From: Bigelowiella natans CCMP2755
Lineage: Eukaryota; Protista; Cercozoa
Direction: 5' to 3'
Length of the DNA: 32,658 nucleotides
Assembly (NCBI GenBank): GCA_000320545.1
Contig: ADNK01002465.1
Span: 1 to 32,658, forward strand
The position numbers and the translations under genes were made by a program. This document shows positions 24,507 to 32,658 of this stretch, in pieces. Under the pieces are notes generated by a model that was not told the DNA's origin, did no database searches, and saw nothing but the letters and a program-made list of their open reading frames with translations. Position 1 is the first letter of the stretch. Every line of letters begins with the position of its first letter.

Positions 24507-26708
24507 ATGAATCAATACGAGGAACTTGGATTCATTGGAAGAGGCGCCTACGGCCAATGCTTCCTTGCTCGAAATGTCGTTACACAAAAGAAGTACGTCA
24601 TGAAAAAAATTTCTCTTCAAAAAGGATATTCTGCCGAAAAGCTAATCACCGAAAGCCTGGTCCTCAAGACCCTCACAGGACATCCCAATATTTGTTCCTA
24701 CGTCGACTCCTTTGTCCACGGCAAAGGTGCACCCAAATCTTCTATTTTTTACGAATTTCTGACGATCATTTCAATTCAGAACTGTGCATTATTATGGATC
24801 ACTACGCTGGAGGCGATTTGCAGAAAAAGATCGATGACAAACGAAGAAGCAGAGCAACTTTCTCTCTCGACACGATACTAGGTTTGCTCAAACCACTACC
24901 GTTCGTATGTGGAGGGTATTTGTTGACTGTGATGATCCTATCTGTAGACTTTCTCCTCCAACTATGCATCGGCTTAAAGCATATTCATGCCCAGAATATT
25001 CTACATAGAGACATCAAACCGAGCAACATCTTCATAACTAAAGGTGATAATGGATTTATCTGCGCCCACGTCATAGAAATCTGAATTCTTGCGTTCTCTT
25101 GCTGATATGTTTTTTCGCGTGGACTATCGAAGCTAATGTCCTAAAGGTGAACAATTCTAAGAAGGATTCATTGGGAATGTTACACTCATGCGCAATCAAT
25201 TTAACAAACAGATCGGAGACTTTGGGATCGCCAAGGTTCTCAAAGAAGAATCTTTCGCGGTATTATCCTTTAAGCGAGTTGACCTTAACAATTTGAACGA
25301 GGCGATATATACGTGCATCAGATGACAGGGATTGGCACACCATATTACTTGTCTCCGGAAAAAATTACCAAAACTCCATATGGGCCGAAATCGGACATGT
25401 GGTCTCTGGGATGCTTGCTCTATGAGATGTGCACTTTGAAGGTATCATCCTACAATCTTACCATATTCATGTCGATATTATTCTGTTACAATTTATAAAC
25501 CATAAAATAAAATTCAGGTCCCGTTTCGTGGAGCTGACCACAACTCCCTCTATTGCAAAATAATAGAGAAGCCAACTCCCCTTCTTCCCCGAAAGTATGG
25601 CAAATATTTGCAGACAATTCTAAACGGACTTCTACACAAGGTGAACCTTACATGGATCAGCATTCTATACATTGCATTTTCTGGTGTATCCGTAGCCTTT
25701 GTGATATAAACAAATTTGCAGGACCCGAAACGGCGACCGTCAGCAGCCAGAATTCTTCGCACCCGCGTCATGCAGGCGCGCCTAATGTTCCACTCAACGC
25801 GTTACCAGCAAAAGCTTGTAGGCAAAGAAATAAACCGGTATCAATTCGGACAGATTCCCGGTCAGATTACCCCGAAGAATCCAGATCGGTCACCACCACG
25901 GAATGCTCGCGAAGGACGATCCAAATCCGAGGATTCAGTTGTACGCGCTCCCATTTCCCCCCCCGTGGTTTCTCCTGTAGGTAGAAGGGTAGATCCAAGT
26001 CCACCTTTTCCCTCCGAGCGTAGCCCCCCCGTCGCTAGCGTGTGCCCCGCATCTCCCAAAGCTCGAAGGGCTGGATCGATCCCAGACAAATGGCAGCATG
26101 GAGAGAACTCGCCTCCATTGGCGAGATCTCCGGAGCAGGGGGTGTTGCAGTCCCCAAGGTACCAAAGAGGTGATAAATCTATCCAGAAAAATGGGAAAAA
26201 ATCGTCGTCATCGGCAGACGAGGCTGTTGAAGTCTTGAAGCGCTTTCAGGAGCACGTGGACAATCAGCTAGTGGAAGCAAAAGCTGAAGGCCATCAGCCA
26301 GAGGAAAAAGAAGCTAGAAATGAGGAACAAGGAGAGTCCCCTCAACGAGCAGAGTCCCCACACCGAGCGGGAGCACAGCCCCCCTACCCCGTAGGGAATG
26401 AAAATTCATCAGAGGCAGAGAAAGAATCTAAACGGAGGTATGTCCGCATGCTCTCCAAGAAAATGACCAGCTGTCGTTCATATTTGGAAGCGGTACTCGG
26501 GCCTGCAATAGTGTGCCTTGCTGCAGGATATGTACGGAAATTACACCGAAGTGGCGTTACATCGAAAGAAGCACTCCTTTTGAAGGTTGTGAAACGATTC
26601 TTTGCAAAGAAAGACACCTGGACATGGGACATGAAGTGCTGTTATGCTGAAGAAATTGTAGATATGTGCGAGGCAGAGCGTCGGTTATTACGGCTATATG
26701 ATTGCTGA
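24507..26708 (+). CDS. NIMA-related (NEK-family) Ser/Thr protein kinase with Pro/Ser-rich linker and helical C-terminus
   Basis: Spliced exons give [54 protein letters not shown]|[42 protein letters not shown]|VPF, DPKRRPS. All catalytic motifs are intact; eight exons including a 14-nt micro-exon at 25133-25146. Confidence 0.93.
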
Positions 26709-26722
26709 GTGAATGTTTGGCA

Positions 26723-26905
26723 ACCAAATTCATGAAGGCTATTGTGTCTGCTGTGACCTGTCGAGACGGATGTAATGAAATCATTAATTTTTTTCATAGT
26801 CATCCTAATGTAGCCATGCAAAGCAGCGGCTACAGCGCTTATGTTGTGTCTGTTTGTCTCAGCAACAATGTGCTTATAAGTCATGCATGAAAAAGCTTCC
26901 ATGTC
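26723..26905 (-). mobile_element. Decayed coding repeat, copy B; possible piggyBac-like transposase N-terminal fragment
   Basis: Reads DMEAFSCMTYKHIVAETNRHNISAVAAALHGYIRMTMKKINDFITSVSTGHSRHNSLHEF. Homologous to 11519-11631 and lies immediately after the NEK stop codon. Confidence 0.45.
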
Positions 26906-27277
26906 TTATCGTCGGTATCGAATAGTGCGCGCAGCGGTCCGCGTGATTCTTTCTGCTATGATCTGTGTTCACATGAGCATTAATTCATAACAGCTACAAT
27001 GTATATTCAATGCACCGCACAGAGAATTGCAATCCATCACGTATCCTTATGTACGCATACAAACTTACAAAACCCATAACATTCTCAAAACGTTTTCTCC
27101 GCTTTTCCTCAAGCTTATTACATTAGTAGCAATCAAACACACGTATCAGCGTATGTTTTTCTTAAAAGCACAACGCGTGCATGCCTGCGGCGACGTTTTG
27201 CCACAAAAACGAAATACGTATTGTACATGCAACAGCAGCATAGCGATAGCTACTCAAATAAGTATATGCACATATAG

Positions 27278-27284
<7 letters not shown>

Positions 27285-27325
<41 letters not shown>
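27285..27325. repeat. (AT)n microsatellite downstream of rsmA
   Basis: Perfect dinucleotide run. Confidence 0.95.
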
Positions 27326-27330
<5 letters not shown>

Positions 27331-27427
27331 TATATTTGACAGAGACTTTTGGGTTGTTACTTGCTAACATAGCAATTTCTTCATTTTTTGCGATGGCAGT
27401 CGTGTGACATATCCCGACGTGCTACAT

Positions 27428-27879
27428 CTACTTTTCGTTTGGAAACAATTCGGAGTAAAGTTGAACGAATTCCTTTATTGATAGATCTTCTCCGCGAACC
27501 AATGGACGATCTTGAAAGAATCGGCATTCACTGGGCGGTATTGGCTTGGGATCGCAATCCTTCAGAAATGGAGACTCGCGAATACATTTGGCAAGCGATT
27601 TTCTCCTCCCCCAGAAGGCCGAACGAACGAGGCGGAAAAATAATTCCTGGTTCAAATGGGAAGAAGCCGTTCGGTGTAACGTGACGGAAAGAATGCGAAA
27701 CTGAAATGTATTTCTAAATATCAAGATATGTTCCCTTCAACACCCTCCCCATACCTCGTTGAGCTCGAACATCGGCTTCTTCCTAGGAACTATTTCGATA
27801 ACTTGCGATTCAACTTTAGGTATTGGCTTGAAAGCGGTCCTTGAAGTGTCAAGCGAGGAAGTTGTTGTTCAGATGCACG

Positions 27880-27918
<39 letters not shown>

Positions 27919-29023
27919 CCACACTCGCGTCAGTTAGGCACACCACTCATGCACAAACCTCGGAACTTCGATCAACTTTCGAACATTAAGATAAAATTGT
28001 CCAAAGACAGACAAGGAACCATACACCTTGAATACAATAAAATAAGGTTTTTTAAAAAAAAGAAAACGGACAACGCTGAAGTAAAGATGATACTTTGTTC
28101 CCCGGTGGAGCTGCTAGTCTTTCCGCAAAATCCCGCTGAACCTTCGTGACAACATATTACTTTCAGCAAATTCTCGCATCTGACGAGAGATCGGCGTAGA
28201 GTTATCCTTTGTACGGGAATACCACCATGACTATTGCCTTCTGGATTCGGGATCGGTTGGCGATTACGGTCTGGATGAAGAATGTCGATATTTGGTACGG
28301 CAAGTTTGTAACGACCACGAACCTGGAAAACCCCGTTGGTTAAACACGTGACTACCCTGTCAACGAGAGATGTATATATCCTACTCACCTCTCAGGGAGA
28401 ACCTTGTCGAAACCAATCTTAGTGAAATCGCCGTGCAGCGAAGTGACACGATGGGCACACTCCCGTGGAATTCTTCCACATGTCTCTGCCAGAAATCCTG
28501 AGTCGGACTCGATGATGGTTAGACTTCTCGCTTTTTGACTTAAGGGTAAGGTTAGGACTCCTAAGCCGCAGCCGATCTCCACCACGTCGTCCGAATCGCA
28601 AATGGCGGCGCGACGAAGGATGTTGCCGACCACGCCTGAGTCCTTCAGGAATACCTATTTTTCGACGTATGTTCCGAAATCCGAGTAATTAAGAGTGGTT
28701 TCTTCGCTTCTCAAAATGGAACAATGATCCAACCTGCCCAAGGGATTTGCGACGAACCAGCTTCTTCAGCCCTCCCTCCCCTAATAGTAATGGATGATCA
28801 GCAATGCCGGGTTGCGATGTTGCTTGAGCATTCACACCTCCCCGATAAGCACGAAGCGTATGCGAAGAATTATTTCCCGTTCGACTAGATGCCCGAATAC
28901 CGAGATGAACATCCGTACTGGTGGACCCTCTTGCTACCTCTAAAAGGAACACAGTGCTAAGCAATCTCTGGAGGACGAATCAAAACGGATACCACCTCGG
29001 AGCCTCAACCAGCGCCGAAGCAT
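27428..29023 (-). CDS. rsmA: SSU rRNA m6,2A dimethyltransferase, bacterial/organellar RsmA (KsgA) type, with N-terminal targeting-like extension
   Basis: Spliced: RRKSLGQ|VFLKD (28734/28654), VVEIGCGLGVLT, IIESD, HGDF, VVTNLPYQIST, VM|VQRDFAERLAAPPGNK|VYGSLSV, VPR|TAFKPIPKVES, FFRLVRSAFWGRRKSL, RGEDLSIKEFVQLY; TAG at 27430-27428. The first exon MLRRWLRLR (ATG 29023) is joined by a ~55-nt intron and is less certain. Confidence 0.9.
27881..27915. repeat. (AC)n microsatellite in a distal rsmA intron
   Basis: Perfect dinucleotide run. Confidence 0.95.
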
Positions 29024-29984
29024 CGCGCCGGGCCCTGGCGCAGCAGCTGCGTCTCCGGAATCCTCCCTTATAAAACCGAATTCAGATTGGCTCGGGCCAC
29101 TCGGAGAAGCACCTCGGCAGAGAAGAAGGAAGATGAGGGAGAAGGAGGGGGAACGTCCAGCAGCGGTGATGGTGCGTGCAGAATCAGTTCAATGCTCATA
29201 AATTCCCGGCGATTTTTGACCAGAATCTCCTATCTATTTCTTGTCGAATAATTACGATGTTTTCCGCTTAAATTCTATCCGGAAATGCTCCCTGACCCAT
29301 GGGGAGCAGGAATCTCGTTTGTCGCTGGGATGAAAACTACGGCTCTAACTTTTAAATCAGATGTGTCGGAAAGGAATTAAATGAATAAATTCCAGGACGA
29401 CAAGATATTGGCGAAGACGTTCGAGGGAAATGGTCGATAATATATAACATTAATAGGTTTTTTCAGTACGACTTAATGTTTTGTAGCCATTATTTGAGTC
29501 TGATATACTCGCACTGACGATATCAACAAGGATTGCAAGATCATCGGTCGAGCTAGATCCCCATTTTGTCGGAGATATTAAGTTTTTATTAAAAATATTT
29601 TATTGTCGTATGTACATAAAAACCATCTATTTTCTTTATCGCAGTAATTATCTGTGCTTTTAGAGTCTGAGATTAGGTGCATTGGGCACGAGAAGGTGCT
29701 TTGTGTTTCGGGTGTTGGGGTTCTTTCTTGATGGTGTGGGGATTATATAATTAGAATCATGTTCGCCTCCCAGTTTTCATTGAAAGTATCGTTAGAGGAT
29801 GATGATGTATGCTTCGGGTGGAAGTTTGTCCAAAGAAAGCCTGATTATGCACGGGTCTAGTAGCTGACAATACCGAAAATTGTGGTGAATGCATTCTATA
29901 ATCTGCCTGATATTATTCGCTATCTTTAGATTAGGAGGACAGTCAGCTTTGGTGAAATTTTAGTTGACTTCTCTACCCTCCAAA
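29024..29984. promoter_or_regulatory. Divergent intergenic region and 5' UTRs, rsmA / WASHC4
   Basis: About 960 bp, AT-rich core, no long ORF, between head-to-head starts. Confidence 0.5.
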
Positions 29985-32255
29985 ATGGCTGATGTTAAAG
30001 AGCCCAACGGAAGCCGCAACTCGTTTGATGAGTTCTTCAATGGTGTAAACCTGCCCGACGCCCCAGCTAACGATCTGACTTCGAGGATGAAAAATTTCGT
30101 CTTAGATCATGAAGCTGCACTCGGGGAGATGTACAAGTATGAAGCGTATTATTACCCTAGCACGCCCGATAATGCAACGCGGAACGTATACCACAAGCCA
30201 TGTATCAGAATTTTCCTCACACACATTTTTTCCCCAACTATTCTTATAGAGTGCTTGGTGAAGATATCGGCGATTCGTGGGATGCTGAACACGATCCAAT
30301 AGGGATCGATGTGACTCCCATCGATCAGGAGCCAATTATCTCGATGGTGACGCGATTCGAAGGAAACCCGCAGTTCAATAAGGTATGAGCGCGAAAAAGG
30401 AGCAAGCGAGCAGAAGACAAGATAGGGTGGTGGGGATGAAAACAATACATGCAAAGATTTTAAGAAAGAGATTTGCAGATGGTGTTTACTACAAGAACTT
30501 ATGTCACCACGATAAATTGGACTCGTCATTATTTTACGTGTTGCTTGCTCATCCCCCTCTTTTAACACCGCCATTGTATTACAGATCGTGATTGTTTTCG
30601 CGCACCTATGCGAGGAGATGCGAGAAATGGAACATCTAGCGGAAAGGCGATTTTACGGCGTCTTAGCTATGTTCGGACACCGCGACGAGGAGGATGGTAG
30701 CCAACCACAATATATCCCAAGAGGAGGAGGATGTACCATGAACGCCGCATTGTCTTCTTTCAGGTGAGGACAAGAAGCACAGCAGCAGCGACCAGGCTGA
30801 TGCAGATATTGCACCTAAGATAGAACCGGAAGGCGAAATGGGCATGTTCCTTCCCTTCTTCCAGGATCTGGTGAACTTCATCGAGCGCGCTCAGGCCGTG
30901 ATTCAAAACGTTATCTGCCAGGTCAGTCTTTTGAATGTCGTAGCTACGGGCTCCTCACCGTATGCGCGCTATGTATAATATGTACCGCTTTTCATCATTA
31001 GTGTCTTGTTTTCGCCGTTCGTGCAGATTGCCGTGTTAAGCAATGGGAAAGTATTCAATCATACATGATTTATTTAGTTACATGTTCACGACCTGCACAA
31101 TACCTGCTGAATTTGATCTTCACAAATACTTTACATTACTTGATTGTGCATGTCGTCAGTTGGCCTGCTTGTACCACGCAAGGCAAAAGCTCTACATGAC
31201 AACATTCAAGAACGTCATGCTGCTGCCCTTATTCGAACGTACGTAATTTTTGGCAAGCTTCGTTGATATAGTAGTCTCGCTGTGGGACATGTGAAAGGAC
31301 ATATTCATTGGATCGTTTGTAGAACTCTCTCTCTCATGTATAGTTTCCAACTCCCATTTTTGAATGGAATGGTGTGATCCTTCTCCCCTCAGGTCTGGGC
31401 GGCCTCTGTCGCGTCCTCGTCACAATGGATGTCCGAAATGCATAGAAACGCCGTTTTAGTTCTTCTGTTCTTCGTTATGAAACATATATTATGGCGAACC
31501 CAACACACATATCTGTCCACATAATGATAACATTTGTGCATGTCCTCCTCCTCCTCCTACTCTCCCCTCTATTCTTTTCTCAAATCGCAGGTAATAATCG
31601 CTGACAATCCGAACATCGCCGATGGGTGGCACCAGTACAAGGTAGGAAAATATGAGGAGGGGGATGGAGGAGGGGGGGGGGGGGGGGGAAAGAGAGAGAA
31701 TGAGGATGGCAATGCAACATGAGTGCTGTTCCGTATTCGGTCTTTCATAACAAGCATCTTTTGTGGTTATGCGCAGCGGATGATCAAGTACGTGCGCTCG
31801 GACCCAAAAGGCTACGGAGTGGAAGTGAGTCCTTGCACCAGCGAATATGCGCGAGACACATAGTCTTGCTTTGCGCACACGCTTTCGAACACATCAAATC
31901 CAGACGTAGATGTTATTACCCAAAGCGCACACATGCATATTGCTTCGGCTGCCATACACACAACATTGCCTTGGTGGTTTTCTACGACCCTTTCACAGGA
32001 GGGACAGCTACGGCTATTTGAGGGCCTTCTGGTGCAGCACACACAAACACACACACCGATATACACTACAGAGTCGGAAGAATCAGAGTAGCATTGCACC
32101 CCTTTTCATCGTTTATCTCCCAGCAGCCACCTCTCACAAATCATCATCATCGTCTTCGTCAACTTTGCACAGAGATTTGCTCTGCTACGCAATCCTCATC
32201 ATCAGTATCATCATCATCAGCAACCATCATCCACTATCATAGAAACAGGGAGACA

Positions 32256-32308
<53 letters not shown>

Positions 32309-32658
32309 CTTGACAGACGATGCGTTTGTGTGTGTGTGTGCGCGCGCGCGCAGGTTCGTCTCGATCGAAAAGTGCTGAATGCAACTATCTTCGAGGACGC
32401 AGTATCACAGGAGTTCGGCCTGCCTGGGGCTGTCTCCAACGTGTCGCTGGTGGGCGGTAATAAGGTATATAATGAGCGTTGTGTAGTGGTCGCATCATTA
32501 GCAGCGCAGCTGCACAATGCGGAACAACACCACACTGAATATTCTCCCCGCCCCCTCTCCCCCCCCTTCCCTCATACGTGAAGGTGCTGTTCTCTGAGTT
32601 CACGGAGGCGTTGCGGAGGCTGATGAAGAAAGTTGGGGCGGGGTAGTGCATACACGGT
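29985..32658 (+). CDS. WASHC4: WASH complex subunit 4 (SWIP/KIAA1033), 5' part; continues beyond the window
   Basis: Spliced exons: GEMYK|VLGEDIGDSWDAEHDPIGI, NPQFNK|IVIVFAHLCEEM, RFYGVLAMFG, MGMFLPFFQDLVNFIER, NVICQ|LACLY, LGGLCRVLVTMD|VIIADN, WHQYK|RMIKYVRSDP, ATIFEDAVSQEF. These are collinear with the known WASHC4 N-terminus (SIGDVWD...NKVITVYAALC...MGRFISFLQEL...WTMYKR). Confidence 0.92.
32261..32304. repeat. (GA)22 microsatellite in a WASHC4 intron
   Basis: Perfect dinucleotide run. Confidence 0.95.

Noticed and set aside
24182-25084. 300-aa ORF as a single-exon kinase
   Set aside because: It is a chimera of UTR, an out-of-frame exon 1 and read-through introns; the real kinase starts at 24507 and is spliced
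28940-28995. U12-like donor GTATCC and a ubiquitin-like LRLRGG motif at the rsmA 5' end
   Set aside because: GTATCCGT misses the GTATCCTT consensus and no U12 branch site is evident; the LRLRGG frame stops soon after and is interrupted by the splice
1-32658. Functional cluster (three SAM methyltransferases; two endosomal genes) or an alternative genetic code
   Set aside because: The genes belong to unrelated families in an ordinary eukaryotic neighbourhood with no shared motif seen; all exons splice in frame without needing stop-codon reassignment

Overview
Gene-dense, intron-rich eukaryotic nuclear DNA from a protist-like genome. Gene density and intron style recall chlorarachniophytes, but that is only an impression. 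I spliced the exons by hand and found seven protein-coding genes, all with canonical GT-AG introns and the standard code: (1) TARBP1/Trm3 tRNA Gm18 2'-O-methyltransferase (minus strand, runs off the left edge); (2) a secreted Cys-rich CPxGxYCP-repeat protein; (3) a membrane-anchored METTL24/Methyltransf_22-like methyltransferase; (4) a large RUN + coiled-coil + SH3b-like + PDZ-like + Rubicon-homology protein; (5) a NEK kinase; (6) a bacterial-type RsmA/KsgA with an N-terminal extension; (7) the 5' part of WASHC4/SWIP. Six of the genes form three head-to-head pairs. The gaps next to gene 3' ends hold decayed mobile-element relics: a Ty1/copia RNase H remnant and two inverted, about 81% identical copies of a coding fragment resembling a piggyBac transposase N-terminus, with synonymous-biased divergence and reciprocal CpG decay. 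Microsatellites are abundant but are absent from roughly the first 0.7-1.5 kb of most genes. I found no RNA genes, CRISPR arrays or operon-like system. The best candidates for novelty are the RUN-SH3b-PDZ-RH architecture, the repeat pair and the positional microsatellite rule.
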